This document shows, piece by piece, positions 25,788-37,780 of a DNA stretch of 64,000 bases (position 1 is the stretch's first letter; each line of letters begins with the position of its first letter). The DNA lies in contig NC_042997.1 in the NCBI RefSeq assembly GCF_006345805.1, forward strand, positions 93,806,001-93,870,000, given 5' to 3'. The position numbers and the translations under genes are program-made. The DNA is from Octopus sinensis. Taxonomy: Eukaryota. The notes below the pieces were generated by a model. The model saw only the letters and a list, made by a program, of their open reading frames with translations, searched no databases and had not been told where the DNA came from.

Positions 25788-26112
25788 TCTGGGAGCACAT
25801 GGCTCAGTTGCTAGAGCACCAGGCTCACAATCCTGGGGTAGCGCGTTCGATTCCCGGACCGGGCTGTTTATTGTGTTTTTGAAAAAGACACTTTATTTCA
25901 CGTTGCTCCAGTTCACTCAATTGTAGAAATGAGTTGCGACGTCACTTGTGCCAAATCTGTATCGGCCATTGTCTGGATAACATCAGTGGTGTGGAGAGAG
26001 GAGGCTGGTATGCATGGGCGACTGCTGGTCTTCCATAAACAGCCTTGCCCGGACGTGTGCCTTGGAGGGTAACTTTCTAGGTGCAATCCCATGGTCATTC
26101 ATGATCGAAGGG
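25788..26112 (+). mobile_element. CORE-type SINE with structured 3' tail; second copy ~50100-50430(-)
   Basis: ggcacatggctcagttgctagagc...gttcgattcccggacc, CORE block, and tail ggcgactgctggtcttccataaac...ctttctaggtgcaatcccatgg. Confidence 0.75.
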
Positions 26113-27561
26113 GGTCTTTACCCACTAATCTCTCTATATATAAACGGCAAAAATGTCTGCGTTGTGTCCTTTATCAAATCCACATTTTTCAGTTAGAGGG
26201 CTCCGCACTTTCTATGGTCATTTTAAAACCGTCCAAGGGTGGTCGTGCACACTTTACATGTTCTCAGTTAACCCCGCAAAAGCCATTAAAATATCACTAG
26301 AAGTGATTTTTTGGTGGAATTTTTAAGCATGGCCGCTTGTCCATTGACTGAAACAAAATATAAAGGATAATGAATAAAGACTCTCCCACTCATTACCTTC
26401 CCTTCATCCCTTCCCCACTTCCCTCTTTACTCCCGCTCTATTTATTCTTTATCGCACACGCGTGGATAATAGAGCTGCAAGAAGCAAGACCCAAACTACC
26501 AGAAACAACAAAACATTGAATGAATGAGGCGAGAGAGGAGAGAGAGAGGGGGGGGAAGAAAAAACAGAGGTAATAGAGTGAAAGAGAAAGGAAGAAAATA
26601 AAAACAAATCTATAAAACATATAAAATGGGAAATTGCAAATGTCCGTCTTGTTGCCATGATATAGGCGCAGGTATGGTATGGCGGTTTGGTTAAGAAGGT
26701 CGCTTTACAACTACATGGTTTCGGGTTCAGTCCCACCGCATGGCACCGTAGGCAAGTGTCTTCTACTATAGCCCTGGGTCAACCAATACCTTGTGAGTGA
26801 ATCTGGTAGCCGGAAACTGTGTGGAAATCTGTAATGTGCGCGCGCGCGTAAGTGTCTTAGTGTTTGTCCTTAACCACTGCTTTGTAACCAGTGCTGGTTT
26901 GTTTAGGTACCCGTAACCTAGCGGTTCGGCAAAAAAGGACTGATTGAATAAATACCAGACTCAAAAAAAGTACTGGAGTCGATCTGTTCGACTAAGACCC
27001 TTCAAGGCGGTGGTGCCCCAGCATGGCCGCTGTCCATTGACTGAAACAAAATATAAAGGATAATGAATAAAGACTCCCCACTCATTACCTTCCCTTCATC
27101 CCTTTCCCCACTTCCCTCTTTACTCCCGCCATCTATTTATTCTTTATCGCACACGCGTGGATAATAGAGCTGCAAGAAGCAAGAACCCAAACTACCAGAA
27201 ACAACAAAACATTGAATGAATTGAGGCGAGAGAGAGAGAGAGAGAGGGGGGGGGAAAGAAAAAACAGAGGTAATAGAGTGAAAGAGAAAAGGAAGAAAAT
27301 AAAAACAAATCTATAAAACATATAAAATGGAAATTGCAAATGTCCGTCTTGTTGCCATCTGCTCATAATTTTTCTCTTCCCGACTTTTATTTATGTACGC
27401 CATTGCCACCGTCGCCACTTTTGTATTCACGATCTCTACCACTACTGCTACCACCATCTCACAGGAGATTGATCACTGGTGCAAGGAAAAGAAAAGCGAA
27501 ATAAAAGTTTCGTTTTTTAAGACCCTGTCAGACTGAAAGGTGAAACGATGTGGAAAAATTA

Positions 27562-27860
27562 CGCACGCACGCGCGCGCGCGCACACACACACACACACAC
27601 ACGCACACACACACACGCACGCACGCACACACACACACACGTGGATCTATCTATTTATCTGTCTATCTATCTATCTATTTATCTGTCTATCTATCTATCT
27701 ATCTATCTATCTATGCATACATTCATTCATACACACACACACACACATACATACATACATACATACATACATACATACATACATACATACATAAATACAT
27801 ACATACATACATACATACATACATACATACATACACACGTGTGTGGAGAGAGAGAGAGAA
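27562..27860. repeat. Compound microsatellite (CA/GCAC, TCTA, CATA, GA); similar arrays at ~8430-8720, 16195-16320, 25015-25160, 32420-32560, 50430-50620, 58170-58410, 59550-59990
   Basis: Direct reading. Confidence 0.95.
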
Positions 27861-28524
27861 AGGAGAGATAGAAAAAGAAAGCGAGGAGAGTAATCAGTAT
27901 GATATCTCACAAATGTAAAAGCCGGACTAGACTACTTTATGCGCAACTCCATTGTCTCCCGAGACAAAAAGGATGCCAACAACAATCTCACAAATGTAAT
28001 TTCATTCATTTAAGTGTGTGTGTTTATATGTATGTATGTCATTATTCAGTTTATTTCAAGATTTCTTGCCAATAGAGAAAGAACCGGTTTCTAACCTAGA
28101 TCCAAAGCTCCTTCACTGGAATTTCAACATCAACAATAAGGCATTTTGTTGCATGTATGTATGTATGTATGTATGTATGTATGTATGTATGTATGTATGT
28201 ATGTATGTATGTATGTATGTATACGTAATACTAAAGGTTGTTCCTAGAAAGGTTAATTCTCGAAGAATGACCACTCAATACACGGCTTGGAGTGTCCGAG
28301 TATTTTTGGAGTATTTTTACAGTAACTGATCGTTACTCCGAGTTCCACATTTCTCATCTGGTTGATTTTAGCGCCCGAAGATCTGATTTACGATTTGCAA
28401 AATTGTCGACTTCCAATATGATATATATAACACTTAATATTCAGTATTGAGTTCTCATATTTATTGTTTCAAGCGCTTACGCTAAATAATCTAGTGACTG
28501 AGTAAGGTCTTTATTGATTCTTAC

Positions 28525-28701
28525 AATAAAGATGACAAGTTATGAGATATGAGTTGTAATTATCAATCGGTGAATTGGAAAAATCGTTAGAGCGTCGGAT
28601 AAAACACTTGCTGTACGGCTCTTTATGATCTACGTTTAAACCCAGGCCAATGACAAAAAGTATCCGTGAAATATAAGGCTGTGGTAGTCGATTCAATATT
28701 C
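28525..28701 (-). CDS. Probable coding exon (177 nt, phase 1-1)
   Basis: Acceptor attattttatag| and donor |gtaaga. Reads ILNRLPQPYISRILFVIGLGLNVDHKEPYSKCFIRRSNDFSNSPIDNYNSYLITCHLY. Confidence 0.6.
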
Positions 28702-31294
28702 CTATAAAATAATTTTAGTTAAGAATGGTCTTATGACAAAAGACGAGTGTAGCTTTGTGCAGAGGCGGTAGCATGGCCAATGAGGTAAATCCTAGGCGTG
28801 ATTATTGCTAGTTGGTTATTGCTAGTTGTATCGTCTGACTGACATCGAGTATGCACTCGATTTTAAGTATCAAGGACTGACACATACACATATAGCCTCT
28901 CCTACACACACACGTATGCATGTACGTATATGTATGTATGCGTGTGTGTACGTCTGCGTTTCCTTATCTTGGTTATACAATCAGTGTCGTTCATTTTAAA
29001 TATTGTGGAAACATGTCTGACCATGGGGAAATATTTTGCTTGGAAACTAGTGAGGGATAGTGACAGGAAGGGCATCCGGCCGTAGAAAAATCTTCCTTAA
29101 TGAACTCCGTTCAATCCATGGGAAAAGTGGACGTTAAACTATGCTGATGATATATATGCATACATTACCATTTTGCAGGAAAGGTTTTAACGATGACGAA
29201 GATAATCGAATTATTATTGTAATTTTTACTCTTCTCTCTTTGTAGTTATGGTACTTAGGAGGTACAAGATATAAAATTTTGGGGAAAAGAAACAGCCTCA
29301 GGGTAAGCAAAATCGACCGCAGCCCGATTTGAATTTAGAGCGTAAAAATGTGGATAGCGCAAATCCTTTTGTCCGACCCTCGAATGATTCAACTAATCCA
29401 CAGTTTTATTAAAAAAAACAAACAAAAAATGAATACACACACACGCACATACGCACATACACACATGTTCATAAAATGTCACTTACCTGGAAACCTAGTT
29501 TTTCACATGAGTTCTGATGAAAGAAGCTCGTTGTCTTGACTCCCCTGCGACGCTTGCAATCAGAATATCATTTGGTGGCGTATTACATCTTTTGACCTCA
29601 GGTTGAATAGAGATAAACTTGAAGAAACCCAGTGGGATTTGAACTCAGAATAGAAAGAAAACGAGACTAAATTAATCCAGTGCTACACTGTTTCTGTAAA
29701 CTCCACCGCCTTGCCCTAAGAAAACTGGAAGCACTCCGTCGGTTACGACGACGAGGGTTCCGGTTGATCCGATCAACGGAACAGCCTGCTCGTGAAATTA
29801 ACGTGTAAGTGGCTGAGCACTCCACAGACACGTGTACCCTTAACGCAGTTCTCGGGGATATTCAGCGTGACACAGAGAGTGACAAGGCCGGCCCTTTGAA
29901 ACAGGTACACAACAAACAGGAAGTAAGAGTGAGAGAAAGTTGTGGTGAAAGAGTACAGCAGGGATCACAACCATCCCTGCCGGAGCCTCGTGGGGCTTTA
30001 GGTGTTTTCGCTCAATAAACACTCACAACGCCCGGTCTGGGAATCGAAACCGCGATCCTACGACCGCGAGTCCGCTGCCCTAACCACTGGGCCATTGCGC
30101 CTCCACCATAAAAAAACTACAATGGATGTGAACAAATATATGGTTTCTTGTCCTTTGTATGCAGTCCCACTTAATGAGTTCTGGCGGGGTGAAAGACAAA
30201 AAAAAATAAAATAAAAATCATCTGACACTTAATCGACAATTTTATAAAATTTCAGCTCTCAACGTTGCATTCATTCATTTTTAATGCTATATGCCAGAAA
30301 ACTAAAAAAAAGAAAAGAATTAATATGAAAAACAACAGCAATAAATGAACATCTTAATCAGAGAATTACAGAATTACAATATTACGGAGGAAGAGAAATG
30401 AATTTGTGTGACGTTTATTATGATTTTTCCTGGGAGCATCCAGCTGTGTTTACGTTTATTAATAACTGACGATAATTTTATCTTCTCCCAGAAATTGAAA
30501 CCAGTCCACGTTCTGAGCTCACTAGGAACATAAAAAAAAATCAAAGTGGTCAGCCAATCAAAAAAAAAAAAAAAAGACAAAAAGAGAAAAGAAAAGGAAA
30601 AGCAAAAGAAAAAAGAAAAAGAAACCACTGGACTGACTTGATTGACCATTTCAAAGTCTCAGAGGAAAAAAGTTCAAAAAGAATGATTTTTTTTCTTCCA
30701 GATTTTCTCTCTCGGACATTTGCAGTTAGTAACTGATGTCGCTAATAAAGATTTTGATAAGTGATTGATTGATTTAGCTCATTTCCATTTTTTTTTCTGT
30801 TAGTCAGTCGATTGGAAAGACATTTTGGTCGACAAATGGTGTGGTTTGTGTGCGTGCATGTATGTGTGTGTGTTTGCGTGTGTGTTTGTGTGTGTGAGAG
30901 AGAGCGAGCAGGAGGGGAGGGAGAGAGGGAGAGGAAGACAGCAAAAGAACTGAGAGAGAAAGAGTGAGAGATTGTTTTATTTTGTGTTGGGTTTGGAATG
31001 ATTTATGGTCAATTTTTATGGTCAATATTTTCCAAATCATCTGATGTCGCTTATGTGGTTAAAAACTACCTAATGGTGTGGAATAAAAAATATCTCACGG
31101 AAAAAAAAATACAAATTTCCGGTAATTATGTTGGAAGGAAAAAGTTAATAGAGAGAGGGAGGGAGAGAGAGAGACAAAGAGAGAGAAAGAAAGAGGAGAA
31201 GCAAGCATGTTTCATTCAAGAGACTGGGCTATTAAATCCTTTGTGATGGGCTTAATGAACTCTACCAAGTTATTCTTTCGTTATTACGATCATT

Positions 31295-31366
<72 letters not shown>

Positions 31367-31496
31367 CCCTGCGATAAATCCCAATCCCTGATCTAATTGG
31401 CATACCCCAGTCGCCGCTGCTTAATTTTTCTTTCTCTCCTAATGCTCTGGGTGTGAAATGAACATTATGCAATTTCTTTAGCCATTATAATATATA

Positions 31497-32264
31497 CTAG
31501 CTCGACACCCGTCACATTGCTAACAGCAAAATTATAAAATTTCAAAACAAAATTCTCTATCCATTTAAAATACTGTCTTTCATGTAAAATGTATTTAGCT
31601 AAAAACAAAAAGTCTTTGAAAAAATTACAAAGTTACTAACTTTTTGCCCCTTTTTTTAATTTTCAGAAATGTTTGTTATTTATTATTAGCATTTTCTGAA
31701 ATTGATAAATTATTTAAATTTAGGTCGTCTTTCTTAACGAAGTTTTAATAAATGATCTTTTTATATTCACTAAAAAATATTTTAGAAATATTATATTACA
31801 TATCCTGCAAACTCAATGTATATACATTGTGCAATATTTACATTTAATTAAACGACTTCTTTATATACAATGTTCCTTAGTCAAGGTTCTGTGTTTAACA
31901 TTACCTTTCTTTTTCTTCTTCCCGTTTCCCCAGCTTTTTCCTTCTCTGTTCATCATGAAACACTTTGTCTTTTGTTATATTTGTCAGTAAAATATTCATG
32001 GCCATCTTTTTTCGGTGGCGTGTGAGTGAAAAATGAACTTTGACAAAATAAAAATGAAAAAAGAATAAACAAACTTTATTTTTCCTTACGCTGCATATGT
32101 GAATTAAACGAAATAAATAAATAAATAAATAAATAAATAAATTCACTGTTTTTTAAAAATTTCTTTTCTCTAAATAAATTACTTGAAAATCATCTGATTC
32201 CGAGAATCTGAGCGTGTGACGGACGGACGGACAGAGAGACACGGCTCTTATAATATTGATTAGA
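31497..32264 (-). mobile_element. Non-autonomous Helitron-like element
   Basis: Minus strand starts tctaatcaatattataagagccgtgtctctctgtccgtcc and ends ...CTAG at 31497-31500. Confidence 0.5.
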
Positions 32265-33199
32265 GAGGTTTTCTGCTCATGCTATAAGAGTAGAAAAGAA
32301 TAGGAATTAATACGGAAAATACTTTTTATCAGTGTTTTATGCTTGTTTATTTGTAGTTCTATTCTTCCGCAACAATTTTTGTTTATCGATCTTATTTGTC
32401 ATATCCCCTCAATAAAGTTTTGTATGTATGCATGCATGTATGTATGTATGTATGTATGTATGTATGTATGTATGTATGTATGTATGGATGTATGTATGTA
32501 TGTATGTATGTATGTATGTATGTATGTATGTGTGTATGTGTGTGTGTGTGTGTGTGTGCGTGCGCCTGCGTGTGATATACTCTTATTCGTCTTTGTTGTT
32601 CAAAGACCTGTTACTGGCCACTCTAAGGCATTTCTCATTGCTCATTTTCGTTTCATTTATGCAAATGACCTAAGGTCATAAATGAATATATTCTATTTTA
32701 GTATATGTCTAAGTGTGATCTAGTGAAGATAATGTAGAGAAGTTGCTGTGTTGATGATACCTATGGAGGTAGAAACATGTAACCACAACAACCATCTTGT
32801 CTTCTCGAATAATTCTTGATTCTTGAGATTATCCTCTCATATTGTTTGGTACTAATTACCTCTAGCAATTGGTCCTAGTGTTAATTTTATCGATATATTT
32901 TAATACTTGCCTAAATGATTGATTTAAGTTTAGGTTTAGTCTTTATGTGTTAGACCTAAGCTTCGGTTTCGTGTTAGCGTTAATTTTAGGTTTATTGTCA
33001 GTGTTAGGGTTTAGTTATTGGGTTGTCAAATAAATTCGCTCGTTTCTTTCCAAAGTTACTTGAATTAATATGATAAATATTTTTATCGTAGTGTTTCATG
33101 TTTTTTTTTCTGTAGCTTTGTTCTACCTTGGCAACTTTTGCTTATCATTTTTTAAATGTGAATAAATTTTACCTCTTTTCAGATAGAGTGCCAAGTAAA

Positions 33200-33900
33200 A
33201 AAAAAACAAACAAACAAACTTTCGACACGTGCTTCTCTTTGATTATAATCACAGTTCCAAAGCTACCAAAAGCCATTCAAGTCATCTGTACTGTGTACAG
33301 AGAAGGCACTACTACTGAAAGTACTGTACAGAGATAGTTCTTATGATTCAAGTTGGAGAAACTAGACCTTACAGCCTCTCTGCACCTTAGCCGAACCTGT
33401 TCAGTTCAATGAGGATCGATTGATCGAGTTTATCCATTAAGGAATTGACCCAGCTGATGGGATGCTCTCATACTGTCGTCCGTCATTTTCATTCAATGGG
33501 TAATGTCCAAATGACCCAACCGGTGACACGGTGTGCTTCTTCAATACGGCAACGCTCGCTCCATGTCACTAATTTCAGCAAAATGTTATTCAAGAGTTCT
33601 GTTGGGAAATTCTACCACACCCATCGTATTCTCCTGATACAGCACCTTCAGATTATTACCTTTTTCAGTCGCTCTGCAGCAGATTGCGAAGCGTTTCGTT
33701 TAACATCAACGTGAAGCTGAAAACGTGGCTTGATGTAATTTTCCGAGGTCAGACCCTGTGATTTCTACTGTCAAGGAGTTGACAAGCTAGCGCAGGGGTC
33801 TGTCAACCGCGGTAAATTATTCCAGGTGTGGGTAAAAATGAAATTCTTGGTGGGTAATGAGGACTCATTAGACATCAATAAAATTATATAAAAAACGTGT
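33200..33900 (+). mobile_element. mariner transposase remnant
   Basis: AIQVICTVY...TTTESTVQR, plus WEILPHPSYSPDTAPSDYYLFQSL in another frame. Confidence 0.75.
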
Positions 33901-35245
33901 TCCTTGTTACGACAGAAGTTTTTCTTCTGGCAATACTGAATCGGTCCAATGTATTGGACATGTAAATAGATTCGTATAAATAGATTCAATAAACCCTTTG
34001 AACCTATGATTTTCTTTTTTTCAAATCAGGGGTAATTGGTTAAAAAGTTCCCCGACCCCTGAGCTACAAAAAATCAGGAACAATGAAGGAGAGTATAACA
34101 ATTGACTGATTTGTTAAAATTGTTGAAAAATAAGGATTAAAATGAAGACCCCCCCCCCCAACAAAAACGAACATTTTTATCTGACAACCCAATAACTAGC
34201 GTGAAAGTTAGGGTCAGGATTAGGTTAAATTGTAGTGTTGTTTATTATTTGAGTAAATTTAGAGACAGCGCCATGTTTGAGGTTAGAGTTAGGATTTGCG
34301 TCATGATTATCGTTAGCTTTAAGCTTTATATTGGGGTTAGTTTTCATTTTTTAAAATTTTAGTTTTAAGTTTAGAGCTATGTCAGGGTTAATGGTGTATC
34401 TGTGTTAAAGGTTACTACTAGGGTTAGTTTTAATGCAAGGGAGAGTTTCGGGGATAGAGCTAAATTAGTTTTAGTGTTTTGGTTAGGATTAATTTTAGAG
34501 TTAGTTTAGTATTAGAAATGACGCTAAGCATTTTTCCCGGCGTGCTAACGGTTCTGTAGCTCGTTGCCTTAGTGATAATCTTGATATTAGGCTGACTGAA
34601 TTGCTAGCGGAATTTCGTTCGTCTTCAGAGTTATAGTTCATACCCGGGTTACGGTTCGCGTTTATTTTTGCTTTAAGGTTAACCTCATATTTACATTTTG
34701 GGTCGTGATCAGGATTAATTTTAATGATAGGTTTTCTACTAGTGTTAATGTTTGGTTCAATGCTCGTATTTGGGTCATGATTAGAGTTAGGTTTAGTTCG
34801 GCTTACGTAAGGTTTAGCATTAAGTTTATTATTAGAGTTACGTTTCATTTAAAGGCTAACGCTTGTATTAGCGATGGTGAAGTATTATAGTTAAGAACAG
34901 TATTAGGTTTAGAGTTTGTGTTATAGTTTAGCTTTAGAATCAGTATTAGGATTAGGGCTAATAAGTTAATTTAGCGTGATAGTTATTGCTATTGTTGGGT
35001 TATGGTGAGTATTAGGATTAAGATCAGGTTTACCGTCAGGATTTCGGTTAGTTTTATAGTTATGGTTCAGATTAAGGTTTGAGATACGATTAGGTGGAGG
35101 TTTAGTGCTTATTGTTAGATGAGTGTTAAATTTTAGGGTTTGGTTTATATTTAGTGTTATGTTTAGGTTTTTGTTATTGCTAAAGCTATTTTGAGTGCTG
35201 ACATTAATTTTAGGTTTAAGTTTGTGAAGGGTAAGTTTAGAGATC

Positions 35246-35628
35246 GTGCAAGCAGCCGCGATAATTCCAGCTCCGGTAGCGTATATTAAAATTGTTGCGT
35301 TTGAAAAGCTCGTAGTCGGAATTCGGGTCTCGAAAACGTGCCCCAGTACGTTCGGGGCGACGGCGCCGTCGCGGGCGCGCTTCTCGCGTGTCCGCTTCAG
35401 TCATCCGTTCGCACTCCCGGACCTATTCGCCGGTGCGTGCGCAGTCGGGCCGCGGAGCTCTGCGCGCATCGCCGCCGCGTCGGCCGCCCTGCCCTGTCTT
35501 CGCCCGCGTGTCGTCCGGTTTCACGCCTGCGCGTCGTCGCGCGGGTCGGTGCGCGCGGGAGCCACGAGGCAGACGTCGTCAGGCGTCGCCGTTTCTCGTT
35601 GCGGTAGCGCGTCCACCTCCCGGTCGTT
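35246..35628 (+). pseudogene. 18S rRNA: 18S rRNA fragment (530-loop through V4 expansion), non-functional copy
   Basis: gtgcaagcagccgcgataattccagctccggtagcgtatattaaaattgttgcgtttgaaaagctcgtagtcgga matches the universal 18S motif GTGCCAGCAGCCGCGGTAATTCCAGCTCC...AAAAGCTCGTAG with several substitutions. It is followed by a very GC-rich V4, and no other rDNA is adjacent. Confidence 0.85.
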
Positions 35629-36719
35629 ATAACTAAGTTTATGATTATGTTTAGATTTACTTTTAGGTTAAGGGTTAGAATTAAGTTCTGTGTTTGCGTT
35701 ACTTTTAGAGTTAGTGTTATTGTTAGGTAAGCGCAATACAGTTAGAGTAGAATAGTATTAGAGTTAGAATCAGGATTACAGAAAATAGATTTGTTAGGAT
35801 TTATGTTATCCATAGATTTAGAGTTCGCATTATATTGATGTTTATAGTTGGTGTTAGTGTTAAATTTAGTATTAGGCTTAAGTATTTTTAAAGTTAGATT
35901 TAAGCTTAGGTTTAGGGATAGATTTAGTTTTAGAGTTTCTATTAACACGCAGTTTATATTAAAGATTAAACATTAACTTTAAGCTTAGGGTTAGGTTTAA
36001 AATTAGCTTTTGGGCTAGTGTTATGATTAGAGTATGTGTTAGGGTTTAGGGTTCATGGTTAGAGGTCATGTTATTGTTAGATTTATTGTGTTAAGTTTAA
36101 GGTAAGGGCTCTGAATGGGTTTAGATTTTAGCTTATATGTATATCGTTAAGTTTGGGGAAAAAATTAAGGTATTCATTATATTTAGCATTCGTTTAATGT
36201 TAGGGTTAGTGCTATGTTAGCATTAAAATTAGGATTTATATTTTAGGGTAAGTTAATGTTATGAAATTTAGGGTTAGTTTCATTTTAGTGCTATTTCATA
36301 TTTCAGGTTATTGTTAGTGTTAGCTTTAGCATTAAATTGAGTGTTTGTTTGAACTAAGCCTTATATTTGCATTAGTGCTAGCGCTAAATTTAGCCTTGAT
36401 CTTAGCGCTACATTTAGTTTTTGCATAAATGAGCGTTAGTTTTACATTTTGTCTTTGGGTGATAGTTGGGTTAGACTTAAGTTTTGGACTCAAGATAAAT
36501 TAAACGTTAGATTTATTATTAGTTTTCTTTGCGTGGTTAATATTTATTTTAGCGTTAGCGAGAGAGTTAGTTACAATTAAAGTAAGGGTTAGTGTTGGTG
36601 ATTGGGTTAAGATTAGGATTACTTTTACTGTTAGGGTTTGTGTTAATTAATAATCATGGCTAGAATTAAGTTTAAGATTTAGGTTTCTGATTAGTGCTAG
36701 GCATTAACAAGTAAAAAAA

Positions 36720-37780
36720 CACCAATACTAGGAGCAAGAGAGAGCTCATAGTTCAAAGGATCCATGATTCGACAGAGGAGGATCGCTGAGCAGAAGGCAG
36801 TAAATCTTACCTACCAGGATCGATGGCTACAGTGATAGCAGGCCCTCGAGCGCCCAGTGTCCTGGAAAGAACTCTGGAGCATTGACCAGGGAAGATTGTC
36901 CTTCTTCCTTCGTGCTGTCAATGAGATTTTGCGAATCTCAAATAAACTTAAAATATGGGTCAAAGAAAATTACCCATCCTGCAAGCAGTACGGAGCAACT
37001 CTTTGCATCCTGAACCACATTTTGACCAGGAGCCCTAGGACAGTGGGAGAAGGCCGATACAAGTGGAGACGTGATAAGGTCCTTGAAGAAATCTCCAAGT
37101 GGACCGATCTGTAAAGGATGAAGAATAATAAACACCAACCACCACCACCAGAGCGAATCAAATTCCTAAAGGAAGGCGACAAAGCCTCCAAGGCGAAAGC
37201 ATTAGCAGGAGACCTGTTTTCTATTTTACGTTCAACCTCAGACTGGAAAATGCAAGTGGACCTGAAGGGAAGACTTGTCTTACCAGAAGAGTTGGTTATA
37301 ACACGACTCCGACCAGATATTTTTCTGCTTTTCAGGAGTACAAAAACAATCATTGTGGTCGAACTCACTTTGCCTTGGAGGAATAGATTCGATTTTTCCC
37401 ACGAAGTCCTTGTCAAGGGATGACATGCAGGCTCATCCCCGCCTCCTTGAAATCGGCTGCCGCAGCTTTCCTGCTGGATCTGTGCGCTATTTTCTGCAGG
37501 AGGAAGCCACCAGGGAGATAGACCGGCAATTGAAACTAGCTCAAGGTGGCTATGATTGATAAGAGACCACAAATGGAACCCTTCTGTAGGTGAAGACTAG
37601 TTCAGTTCTTGCTACCCCACTCAGGCGAAACGTACAAGCTAAGGGGTAAGGCGTTTGCGACACTCAGATAGCTGTAGACTAAACGGAAGGTTTCCAGCAT
37701 TCAATGGATTGAGAAGGGCTTGTAAAACTTCTGAGTAGCTCCTGCAGTTTGTGCGCGGGACAAAGCATCTCTGATGTTTA
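36720..37780 (+). mobile_element. 3' fragment of RLE-type non-LTR retrotransposon (HERO/NeSL-like), decayed
   Basis: SWKELWSIDQGRLSFFLRA, degenerate CCHC knuckle (SCKQYGATLCILNHIL), GRYKWRRDKVL, PD-(D/E)xK nuclease (LRPDIFL...IIVVELTLPW) and LEIGCRSF; interrupted by stops and frameshifts. Confidence 0.85.

Noticed and set aside
26010-26100. SINE 3' tail resembling a twister ribozyme (ctgctggtc...gcccgga...ggaggg) with strong hairpins
   Set aside because: Could not place the conserved UAA cleavage strand or both pseudoknots by eye.
35246-35636. Three overlapping GC-rich ORFs
   Set aside because: The sequence is an 18S rRNA fragment; GC richness suppresses stop codons.
34501-35948. Asn/Pro- or Leu/Asn-rich ORFs on the minus strand
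   Set aside because: By-product of the degenerate TTAGGG-like hexamer tract.
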